A DNA stretch of 64,000 nucleotides from Alphaproteobacteria bacterium. GTDB taxonomy: Bacteria; Pseudomonadota; Alphaproteobacteria; UBA8366; GCA-2717185. The DNA is taken from NCBI GenBank assembly GCA_047517345.1, contig JAKZTB010000106.1, forward strand, positions 14,473 to 78,472. Direction: 5' to 3'. The number at the start of each line of letters is the position of its first letter. The stretch's first letter is position 1. Below the pieces are notes generated by a model. The model was not told the DNA's origin. It saw nothing but the letters and a program-made list of their open reading frames with translations, and made no database searches. A program made the translations under genes and the position numbers. Shown here one piece after another: positions 1 to 7,692 of this stretch.

Positions 1-79
1 AGCGCGCCGCCCACTCTTCCTGCGCCATGCCGGCGGGTGCATTGGTCGATTGCGCTGCGATACTGGCGATCGTCGCCAT
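1..79 (-). CDS. 5' end of an unidentified protein gene running off the left edge (partial)
   Basis: ATG at 79-77 on the minus strand with GGAGG (RC of 87-91) 7 nt upstream. It reads MATIASIAAQSTNAPAGMAQEEWAAR with G/C-rich third positions. Too short to assign a family. Confidence 0.35.
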   Translation of the reverse strand, partial: MATIASIAAQSTNAPAGMAQEEWAAR

Positions 80-202
80 GGCCTGACCTCCGTTGAAGCT
101 CATGCGAAAGGATAGTGCACGCGTGTGCGGCCTGTCGATTCGGGGCGTGGCGCACGACGGCGGCGCTCACTATGATAGCGCCGCGTCGCGTGGAGGAACC
201 CT

Positions 203-910
203 ATGCTCGATTTCTACTTTTGGCCGACCCCGAACGGGTGGAAAGTCTCCATCATGCTGGAGGAGTGCGGGTTGGACTACAATCTGATCCCGGTCGATAT
301 CGGCAAGGGCGACCAGTTCAAGGCGGAGTTCATGGCAATCAGTCCGAACAACCGCATGCCGGCGATCGTCGACCACGATGTCGAGGGCGAGGAACCGGTC
401 GCGGTCTTCGAGTCCGGGGCCATCATGTACTACCTGGCGGAGCGGACCGGAAAATTCCTGCCGGACGACTGGCGCGGCCGCAAGGAGGTGCTGGAATGGC
501 TGTTCTGGCAGGTCGGCAACCAGGGCCCGATGGCGGGGCAGCTCAGCCATTTCGTCAACTACGCCGACGGCGGTATCGAATACGGCAAGAACCGCTACGG
601 CAAAGAGTACAACCGCTGTCTCGGCGTGTTGGAAAAGCGGCTCGCAGACCGCGACTTCATCCTCGGCGAGTATTCCATCGTCGACATGATCTGCTGGCCC
701 TGGGTGCTGATCGCCCGTCCGCTCGGCCAGTCGCTCGACGACTTCCCCAACGTCTCGCGCTGGCGCAAGGTTATCAAGGAACGGCCGGCGGTGCAGCGCG
801 GCGTCGATGTCGGCAAGGAATTCCGCCGCAGCGGCCCGCCGAGCGACGAGGAACGCAAGAACCTGTTCAATCAGACGGCGCAGACGGCGGAGGCGCAGGG
901 CGGCGCGTGA
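203..910 (+). CDS. yfcG: Nu-class glutathione S-transferase (YfcG/YghU-like)
   Basis: 235-aa ORF with GGAGGA 5 nt upstream of the ATG. It is near-colinear with E. coli YfcG as I remember it (xDxYFxPTPNGxK, GKGxQFxxEFxxISPNNxxPAIVDH, LFWQVGxxGPMxGQxxHF, CWPW). Confidence 0.85.
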   Translation: MLDFYFWPTPNGWKVSIMLEECGLDYNLIPVDIGKGDQFKAEFMAISPNNRMPAIVDHDVEGEEPVAVFESGAIMYYLAERTGKFLPDDWRGRKEVLEWLFWQVGNQGPMAGQLSHFVNYADGGIEYGKNRYGKEYNRCLGVLEKRLADRDFILGEYSIVDMICWPWVLIARPLGQSLDDFPNVSRWRKVIKERPAVQRGVDVGKEFRRSGPPSDEERKNLFNQTAQTAEAQGGA

Positions 911-940
911 GGCTATTCGGACGCCGGCTTTTGTACGCCT

Positions 941-1064
941 CTGTCATCCCGCGCTTGATGCGGGATCCAGGCAACGATTGTCCCTTACGATGTCCCTGGA
1001 TCCCTGATTGCTGACTTTTCTGGCCAAATCAAGATTTGGAGGAAAGTCGCGTCCGGGATGACAG
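941..1064. repeat. Nested inverted-repeat element (REP/RIME-like) between convergent genes
   Basis: Outer IR is CTGTCATCCCG (941-951) / CGGGATGACAG (1054-1064). Inner hairpins are ATCCCGC-7nt-GCGGGAT (946-966) and a perfect 10-bp stem GGGATCCAGG (962-971) / CCTGGATCCC (995-1004). Confidence 0.5.
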
Positions 1065-1074
1065 CGTGTGGCGC

Positions 1075-1806
1075 TTAGTTCAGCCGCTTAGTTTCCGACT
1101 CAATAAAGTCCTCGATTTCCGCCTCCGTCATCGCGCCGCGGAACATTTCCGCGCGCATGCGCACCCTCTGGGCGCTGATCGCGCGGATCGCCTCGGTCAT
1201 GACCCGCAGATCGGCGTCGGACTCGATGTGCGCGACCGCTTCCTTCGCCTGGACCTGATAATGGTCTTCCTCGTCCTCGTAGATCACCTGCATGGCCTTG
1301 GCGGTCATTTCGTTGACCGTGCTGCCCGATAGCTTTGCGCCTTCGCGGAACAGCCGCGCGCCGCCGCCTTCGGTGAAGCCGACCGCGGCCTTCAGCAACG
1401 GCTCGTCCCGCTCGACATAGCCGCGCCGCAGATCGCCCAACCGCTTCTCCTCGGACAGCTGCACCGTGTCCTCCGGCGAGATCGCGCGGCCCATCAGATG
1501 CTCGAAAATGTCCGCCAGCACGACATAGTGGTTGAACTCCTCGGTCAGTTGGGTCAGCAGGAAATGGTAGTCGTGCCGGTCGATCTCCTTGTCGACCAGC
1601 GGAAAATTCTCGACCAGGTTCGCCAGCTCCCGGTGTAGTCCGTTGAAATAGCCGTCCACCGGGTTGAGCTCCTTCCAGAGCTGGGCGCGCAGGTAGAATA
1701 TATGATCCTCGTCGGTCGCCTTGGCGAAGAAGCGCCGCGCGATCTCCCCTTCCGCCTCCCAATAGGGCCACGCCGCGTCGGCCAGCGCCTTTTCGGTGTC
1801 GGTCAT
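1075..1806 (-). CDS. Hypothetical protein, possibly ferritin-like di-iron fold
   Basis: 243-aa ORF with strong G/C third-position bias and AAGGA upstream of the ATG at 1806. Two ExxH-type motifs (EEFNHY, EDEEDHY) lie in a sequence that looks all-helical. No family recognised. Confidence 0.6.
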   Translation of the reverse strand: MTDTEKALADAAWPYWEAEGEIARRFFAKATDEDHIFYLRAQLWKELNPVDGYFNGLHRELANLVENFPLVDKEIDRHDYHFLLTQLTEEFNHYVVLADIFEHLMGRAISPEDTVQLSEEKRLGDLRRGYVERDEPLLKAAVGFTEGGGARLFREGAKLSGSTVNEMTAKAMQVIYEDEEDHYQVQAKEAVAHIESDADLRVMTEAIRAISAQRVRMRAEMFRGAMTEAEIEDFIESETKRLN

Positions 1807-1917
1807 TGTCGGTTCCTTTCCGCACTAGTTTACGAACCTTCCCGTATCGAGGCCAGATGGACCGCTGCGGCCCAATCGCCTAGGATGCCGCCGCGTTGAC
1901 GTGCGGGAGGGAACCCC

Positions 1918-2520
1918 TTGGAATTCGACAATACCTTTGACGTGCCGCTGCCGCCGGGCGAGACCTGGGCGCTGCTGCGCGATATCGAGCGGATCGCACC
2001 CTGCATGCCGGGGGCGAAACTGACCGAGCTGGTCGATTCCGATACCTTCAAGGGCGAAGTCTCGGTCCGGCTCGGCCCGGTTTCATTGACCTTCAAGGGA
2101 CAGGCGCGGTTCGAAGACGTCGACGATGCGGCGCGCAAGGCGCGGGTCAAGGCGGACGGCAAGGACGCCAAAGGGCGCGGTGGCGCGAACGCGATCGTCG
2201 ACTTCCGGGTCGAGCCGGGAGAGGGCGGCTCAACCGTCCTGATCCACACCAACTTGATGTTGTCGGGCTCGGTCGCGCAGTACGGCCGCGGCGTCGGCAT
2301 GGTGCAGGATCTGGCGGCGCAGCTCATCGGTCAGTTCGCGGAAAACCTCAAATCCGAACTCGCGAAAACCCCGGCCACTACAGACGCAGACCCCGCGGTA
2401 GAGGCCGCGCCGGCCGCTCCGGTGGCGGCGAAGCCGGTTTCCGGCCTGTCGCTGATACTCAGGGTTATATGGAACGCGTTTGTGAAGGTGGTTTGGAAAA
2501 GCGCGGCAAAAGGTTCCTAA
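1918..2520 (+). CDS. CoxG-like SRPBCC family protein
   Basis: TTG start preceded by GGGAGGGA. The N-terminus FDVPLPPGETWALLRDIERIAPCMPGAKL and the VSLTFKG / GRGGANA pattern match CoxG (CO dehydrogenase subunit G family). Ala/Pro-rich C-terminal tail. Confidence 0.8.
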   Translation: MEFDNTFDVPLPPGETWALLRDIERIAPCMPGAKLTELVDSDTFKGEVSVRLGPVSLTFKGQARFEDVDDAARKARVKADGKDAKGRGGANAIVDFRVEPGEGGSTVLIHTNLMLSGSVAQYGRGVGMVQDLAAQLIGQFAENLKSELAKTPATTDADPAVEAAPAAPVAAKPVSGLSLILRVIWNAFVKVVWKSAAKGS

Positions 2521-2554
2521 CTCGCGTTTCCAAATTCAGTGAAACCGGGCCGGC

Positions 2555-4900
2555 TCACCGTGTGTCCTTGTTCTGATAGCGGGTTGCCCGTGCGTCCCGG
2601 ATTGCGCGGTAGACGGTCTCAGGCGTCGCCGGCATCTTGATGTCCGTCACGCCCAGGGGCGCCAAGGCATCCACGATGGCGTTGATCACCGCGGCGGGTG
2701 CGGCGGTCGGGCCCGCTTCGCCGACGGACTTCACGCCAGTTGGATTGTGGGTGCAGGGGACTTCGAGAATTTTCGTTTCGAAGAAGGGTAGGTCGTGCGC
2801 GCGGGGCAGGGCGCAATCCATGAAGGAGCCGGTCAGCAGCTGACCCGACTCCGGATCGTGATGGTTCCGCTCCAGCAGCGCCTGGCCGATCCCTTGCGCC
2901 ACGCCGCCGGCGAGCTGGCCTTCGACGACCATCGGGTTGAGGGCGCGGCCGACATCCTGCGCCATGCTGTAGCGGAACAGGGTTGCTGCGCCGGTTTCCG
3001 GATCTACTTCGACCTCGGCGATATGGCAGCCGTTCGGGAAGGTGCTGTTTTTCGGTTCGTAGCGATGCGAGGCTTCCAGCGGCCGGTCGCGCGCGATTTC
3101 CGCCAGGGTCAGGATCCGGTCGGTGCCGCGGATGCGGTACGCTCCATCTTCGTATTCGATGTCCTGCGGCGCGGCTTCGAGTATTTCCGCTGCCGCGTCG
3201 AGCCCCGCCTCGATCAATTCGCCGCCGGCGATCACCAGCGCGCTGCCGCCGATCGTCATGGAGCGGCACGCGCCAGTCCCCATGCCCCAGGGCGTTTCGT
3301 TCGTGTCGCCCTGGACGATGCGGATGCGGTCCATCTCGATGCCCAGCCGTTCGGCCAGCATCTGGGCGTAGACCGTTTCGTGCGACTGGCCGTTCGACAT
3401 GGTGCCGATCAGCACGACGATCTGTCCGTCCGCCGTGCATTCGATGTCGGCCCGGTCGGCGATTCCCGCACCGCAAGCTTCCAGAAGATTGCCGTAGCCC
3501 AGCCCGCGATAGAGGCCGCGCGACTCGCTGTCGGCGCGGCGCGTGGAAAATCCGGCGACGTCCGCGAGGCGTTCCGCCTCCGCCATCGCGGCGGCGAAAT
3601 CGCCGCTGTCGTAGGTGGACAAGGCGGGCGTGCGGTAGGGCATCGCTTCGGCCGGCACTAGGTTTCGGTAACGGATTTCCGCGGGCGTCAGCCCCATCTC
3701 GCGCGCGGCGGTGTCGAGCAGCCGCTCGATCACGAACACCGCTTCCGGCGCCCCGGCGCCGCGGTAGGGGCAGGTCGGCATGCGGTTGGTGTGGACGCCG
3801 TGGATATCGAAGTCAATTGCGGGAATGACGTAGACGCTGGTGCCCATGATCCGCCACATGTTGCCGGCGGTCGATCCGCGCGGCCCGAGATAGCCGCCCA
3901 GATCGGCCAACGCACGGACCCTGAGCGCGAGGAATTTTCCGTCCGCATCGAAGGCGGCATCCGCGTCGGCCGCCTGGCCGCGGCCCTGATAATCGCTCAG
4001 GAAGCTTTCGCCGCGGTCGGCCAGCCAGCGCACCCGCCGGCCCAGTTTGCGCGCTGTCCACAATACCAACGCCTGCTCCGGGTAGAGCGGGTTCTTGGCG
4101 CCGAAACCGCCGCCGACGTCCTTGGCGACGACGCGGACCCGGTCTTCGGGTAAGTGGAAGATGTCCCGGGCCAGGTGGCGCCCCACAGTCTGCGGCTTCC
4201 CCGCGGCGGCATGCATCGTGTAGCGGTCGTCGACCGGATCGTAGTGGCCGACATAGCCGCGTGTCTCCAGCGGGTTCTGGACGACGCGCTCGTTCGCAAT
4301 GGAAACCGTCGTGATGTGCGCCGCCCGTGCGAAGGCTTCTTCGACCGCATGTCTGTCGCCTATGTCGGTGCGGAAATTGACATTGCCCGGCGACTGATCC
4401 CAAAGCGGGTCAGCGGCAAGCGCGCGGCGCACGTCGATCAGCGGCGGCCGTTCGGCATAGTCGACGAATATCGCTTCCGCGGCATCCTTCGCCTGCGCCA
4501 CGCTTTCGGCAACCACGACGGCGACAGGTTGGCCCAAATAGAGCACCCGGTCGTCGGCCAAAATCGGCTGCGGCTGCCCGATGGCCGGATCGCCCTGCAC
4601 CGGCGGCGATTGAGGAGGGGCGTTGTGCGGGGTCGGTGGCTGGCGCTCCCAGGGAATGCCGCCCAGCCCGTCCGCCTTGACGTCCTGCCCCGTCCAAATC
4701 CCCAGCACGCCGGGCATCGCGCGGGCGCTGTCCACATCGATGGACAGGATTGCGGCATGCGGGTATTCCGCACGCAGGACGACCATATGTGCGACGCCGT
4801 CGAAGGGCAGATCGGCGATATAACGGCCCTGTCCGGTCAGAAACCGATGGTCCTCGACCCGCTGGACCGACCGACCGACATAATAGCGATCCGTGTCCAT
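2555..4900 (-). CDS. Xanthine dehydrogenase/aldehyde oxidase family molybdopterin-binding large subunit (CoxL-like, not form-I CODH)
   Basis: 781 aa. Motifs: VGRSVQRVEDHRFLTGQGRYIADL (a/b-hammerhead N-terminus), PYRGAGAPEAVFVIERLLD, GVKSVGEAGPTAAPAAVINAIVDAL. The form-I CODH loop VAYRCSFR is absent. Confidence 0.9.
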   Translation of the reverse strand: MDTDRYYVGRSVQRVEDHRFLTGQGRYIADLPFDGVAHMVVLRAEYPHAAILSIDVDSARAMPGVLGIWTGQDVKADGLGGIPWERQPPTPHNAPPQSPPVQGDPAIGQPQPILADDRVLYLGQPVAVVVAESVAQAKDAAEAIFVDYAERPPLIDVRRALAADPLWDQSPGNVNFRTDIGDRHAVEEAFARAAHITTVSIANERVVQNPLETRGYVGHYDPVDDRYTMHAAAGKPQTVGRHLARDIFHLPEDRVRVVAKDVGGGFGAKNPLYPEQALVLWTARKLGRRVRWLADRGESFLSDYQGRGQAADADAAFDADGKFLALRVRALADLGGYLGPRGSTAGNMWRIMGTSVYVIPAIDFDIHGVHTNRMPTCPYRGAGAPEAVFVIERLLDTAAREMGLTPAEIRYRNLVPAEAMPYRTPALSTYDSGDFAAAMAEAERLADVAGFSTRRADSESRGLYRGLGYGNLLEACGAGIADRADIECTADGQIVVLIGTMSNGQSHETVYAQMLAERLGIEMDRIRIVQGDTNETPWGMGTGACRSMTIGGSALVIAGGELIEAGLDAAAEILEAAPQDIEYEDGAYRIRGTDRILTLAEIARDRPLEASHRYEPKNSTFPNGCHIAEVEVDPETGAATLFRYSMAQDVGRALNPMVVEGQLAGGVAQGIGQALLERNHHDPESGQLLTGSFMDCALPRAHDLPFFETKILEVPCTHNPTGVKSVGEAGPTAAPAAVINAIVDALAPLGVTDIKMPATPETVYRAIRDARATRYQNKDTR

Positions 4901-4924
4901 GGCCGCCGTCCGGATGTTAGACTC

Positions 4925-5869
4925 TTAGATCCCGGCCGCCGCCGCGATATAGGTGTCGGTCTCCAGATCGTCTTCGACCGCGCCGGTCAGGTCAGCGATG
5001 CGGGCGATGCCGCGGCGGTCGCACCAATCCTCCAGATCCTCGATGATCGACGTCATCGCGGTCGGGTTGCGGAACGAGGCGTATCCGACCTGCACGGCGC
5101 TGGCGCCGGCCAGCATGTACTCGACGACGTCTTCCGCCTTGACGATACCGCCGCAGCCGATGATCGGAATAGAGACCGCCTTGGCGATCTGATAGACCAT
5201 GCGCAAGATGATCGGCTTGACGGCGGGGCCCGACATACCGCCGGTCTTGAAGCCGAGCGCCGGCCGGAAGCTGTGCGTGTCGATGCGCATCGACAGGATG
5301 GTGTTGGCGACGGTCAGCGCGTCGGCGCCGGCCTCCTCCGCCGCCCGGGCGATGGCGACGATATCGCCGGCATTGGGCGACAGCTTGACGAAGATAGGCA
5401 AGTCCGTCGCCGCACGGATGCCGCGCACCGTCTCTGCAGTGTGTTCCGCGTGCAGGGCGAAGTTGCCGCCGTTCGGGTCGCGGGTCGGGCAGGAGATATT
5501 GATCTCGAGCGCCTGCACCCCCGGCACGGTGACGTCGTGCGCCATCGCCGCGAAATCTTCCTCCGTCGTCGAGGTGATGCTGACGATCGTCGGCGGGCTG
5601 TACTGCGTGTATTGCGGCAGCAGTTCGGTCAGGAAGTAGTCGAGCCCCTTGCCCGGCAATCCGATGCAATTGATCATGCCGCATTCGACCTCGGCGACGC
5701 GCGGCGGCGGATTGCCGTCGCGCAGCTCACGGCTGACCGTCTTGGTCAGGGTCGCGCCCAATTTGTTGATGTCGATGACCTGCGCCATTTCCGGGGAAAA
5801 AGTGCCGGAAGCCGGCATGACCGGGTTGGGCATCTCGAAATCGCCGAGCTTTACCGAAAGATCTACCAT
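4925..5869 (-). CDS. Class-1 dihydroorotate dehydrogenase / dihydropyrimidine dehydrogenase (PreA)-like catalytic subunit
   Basis: 314 aa from the ATG at 5869. Motifs: PVMPASGTF, EINISCPT (catalytic Cys loop), GGMSGPAVKPI, IIGCGGI. The Arg-rich upstream part of the 470-aa track ORF overlaps the next gene and is rejected. Confidence 0.85.
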   Translation of the reverse strand: MVDLSVKLGDFEMPNPVMPASGTFSPEMAQVIDINKLGATLTKTVSRELRDGNPPPRVAEVECGMINCIGLPGKGLDYFLTELLPQYTQYSPPTIVSITSTTEEDFAAMAHDVTVPGVQALEINISCPTRDPNGGNFALHAEHTAETVRGIRAATDLPIFVKLSPNAGDIVAIARAAEEAGADALTVANTILSMRIDTHSFRPALGFKTGGMSGPAVKPIILRMVYQIAKAVSIPIIGCGGIVKAEDVVEYMLAGASAVQVGYASFRNPTAMTSIIEDLEDWCDRRGIARIADLTGAVEDDLETDTYIAAAAGI

Positions 5870-6777
5870 CCCATCGCCTCCTGCATGTCGAAGACGGGTC
5901 CGTCGATGCAGACCCGCTTGAGTGTTTTGACGCCGTCGATCTCGAAGGTCCGGACGCAGACGTAACAGGGCCCGAGACCGCAGGCCATGATCTGCTCCAT
6001 GGCGACCTGCCCCGGAATGCCGTGCTTTTCGCCGAGCCGCTTCATCAGCATGAACAGCCGGTTCGAGCCGCAGGTGTAGAACGCGTCTGCACGGCCCCGC
6101 GCGACCCGGTCCTCGATGATCGCTTCGACGTTGCCGAGATCGCTGCTGCCGTCGGTATCGGTGACGGTGACGATCTCCGCGCCGGCTTTCTCGAACAGGC
6201 CGCCGGACATCGTCAGGTCCGGGCTGCGCGCGCTCAGGATGACCGTCGCGTTGACGCCGTTCTCCGCGATCAACTGCGAGATCGGCGCCAGGGTCGCGAG
6301 ACCGACGCCGCGGCCCAGAACCACGACGTTCTGCCATTCGGGTGCGATCGAAAATCCGACGCCGAGCGGGCCGACGATGTTGAACTGGTCGCCGGGCTCC
6401 AGCATCGCCGTACCCTTCGTGCCGCGGCCGACCGTTTTATAGAGGAATTCGAGCCGCTGGCGGGCCCTGTCGACGACGTAGATGCTTTGCGGCCGGCGCA
6501 GCCAGAGATCGCCCTCGTCGGGCGATGGGCAGAGCCAGTGGAAGAACTGGCCGGGCCTGGCGGTCAGCGCCTTGGGCGAGGCGGTGATGACGAGATGCTT
6601 GTACTCGTCGTTGATCCAGTCGTTCGACAGGACGGTCGTCAGGGTTTCCTCGGCCGGTGCGGCGGGCGCCCGGTCGACGAAAGTGTCATCCCCAACCACG
6701 CGGGGTTTGGTGGAGAAGACGGTGGTCTCCGTTTGGGTCATTCGGGATCCACGAATTTCAGTTTGTTCAAAAATCAT
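5863..6777 (-). CDS. PyrK-like electron-transfer subunit (FAD/NAD(P)-binding plus 2Fe-2S)
   Basis: 304 aa with a ferredoxin-reductase-type fold (RRPQSIY, VVVLGRGVGLATL). The C-terminal MACGLGPCYVCV...RVCIDGPVF has the same Cys pattern as PyrK. 7-nt overlap with the DHOD-like gene. The start could be 6777 or 6741. Confidence 0.8.
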   Translation of the reverse strand: MIFEQTEIRGSRMTQTETTVFSTKPRVVGDDTFVDRAPAAPAEETLTTVLSNDWINDEYKHLVITASPKALTARPGQFFHWLCPSPDEGDLWLRRPQSIYVVDRARQRLEFLYKTVGRGTKGTAMLEPGDQFNIVGPLGVGFSIAPEWQNVVVLGRGVGLATLAPISQLIAENGVNATVILSARSPDLTMSGGLFEKAGAEIVTVTDTDGSSDLGNVEAIIEDRVARGRADAFYTCGSNRLFMLMKRLGEKHGIPGQVAMEQIMACGLGPCYVCVRTFEIDGVKTLKRVCIDGPVFDMQEAMGW

Positions 6778-6807
6778 TAATAGTCCTAAAAATATTACAA
6801 ATCCAGT

Positions 6808-7692
6808 TCAATCGATATGTTTTGCGATCAAATTGCGCATGAATTCGCCCGCGGCGACGCCCTTCAGGGCGCGGCGCCACATGTCTTCGACGGTTTTCTC
6901 GTGCAGGCTCAACGCTTCCGGCGCCGAGGTAATCATGGCGACGCCAACCCGTACGTTGGGCTGCGCGCCGAGCCGGAAGGGGCTGACGGTCAGCACCTTG
7001 CGATCCGACTGGCGGAAGATCTGGAAGCCTGTATGGGGCAAGGTGTCCGGCACGATTCCGATCTGCACGCTGATCGGCTCGTCTTCCATCATGGCGGCGA
7101 GATGGCTCGCTTCGGCCACTGCGAGGCTTCGACGCTTTTCTCTCTCGGTTTCGCTGAGATCGATCCGACCGACCAACCCGTTGCGCAGGAACCCGTCCAT
7201 CTCCATCGCCGACAGCAGATTGACCACACCCGGCTGGCGCCTGCAAAAAGTCGCCTTGCGGGCGTTCAACACCGCCATGATGTCTCCCGCTTGTTCCAGC
7301 GCCGCATCGCGGTCCGGCAGGTCGTTCGGAATATTCTCGCGCAGGATTTTCGCGAGGGTCTCGTCGAAGGCGTCGGAAGCCAGCAGGTAGGAGATCGGGC
7401 CCGCCAGCACGACGATATGTTCCGACGTTTCCTCGATCTGGCGGATGCGCTCGAAATAGCTGACCGCCGAAGCGACATACTCGACACCGACGCCGAGCAG
7501 AGTCGGGATCGACACTTCCAGCAGGTCGGCGAGCTTTTCCAATGTGTCGATCTTGGCAAGTTCGCCTTTCTCGAACCGGTAGAGGGCCGTCCGCGAGATG
7601 CCGATTCGTTTGGCGACATCGTCGGCGCTCAAGCCCGAGCCGAGCCGGAAGGCGCGCAGCCGATTGCCAATATCGTCGAAGCGGATCGCCAT
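6808..7692 (-). CDS. XRE-family HTH transcriptional regulator with unassigned ~220-aa C-terminal domain
   Basis: 294 aa from the ATG at 7692. LRAFRLGSGLSADDVAKRIGISRTALYRFEKGE is a Cro/C1-type HTH. The ATG overlaps the TGA of the upstream Mo-hydroxylase gene (TGATG). Confidence 0.8.
   Translation of the reverse strand: MAIRFDDIGNRLRAFRLGSGLSADDVAKRIGISRTALYRFEKGELAKIDTLEKLADLLEVSIPTLLGVGVEYVASAVSYFERIRQIEETSEHIVVLAGPISYLLASDAFDETLAKILRENIPNDLPDRDAALEQAGDIMAVLNARKATFCRRQPGVVNLLSAMEMDGFLRNGLVGRIDLSETEREKRRSLAVAEASHLAAMMEDEPISVQIGIVPDTLPHTGFQIFRQSDRKVLTVSPFRLGAQPNVRVGVAMITSAPEALSLHEKTVEDMWRRALKGVAAGEFMRNLIAKHID

Noticed and set aside
4154-5965. Long ORFs antisense or out of frame to recognisable genes (e.g. 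4154-5965+, 36118-38055-, 19935-21386-, 60891-62204-, 41481-42434-, 51778-53010-, 47222-48100+)
   Set aside because: They have Arg/Ala/Gly/Pro-rich low-complexity translations typical of off-frame reading in GC-rich DNA. Each fully overlaps a gene with clear family motifs, and none has a family signature.
4925-6777. Annotating the DHOD-like pair as housekeeping pyrD/pyrK
   Set aside because: The pair is embedded between catabolic Mo-hydroxylase genes with a dedicated XRE regulator. The DHOD/DPD family includes non-pyrimidine-biosynthetic members. Gene symbols are withheld pending phylogeny.
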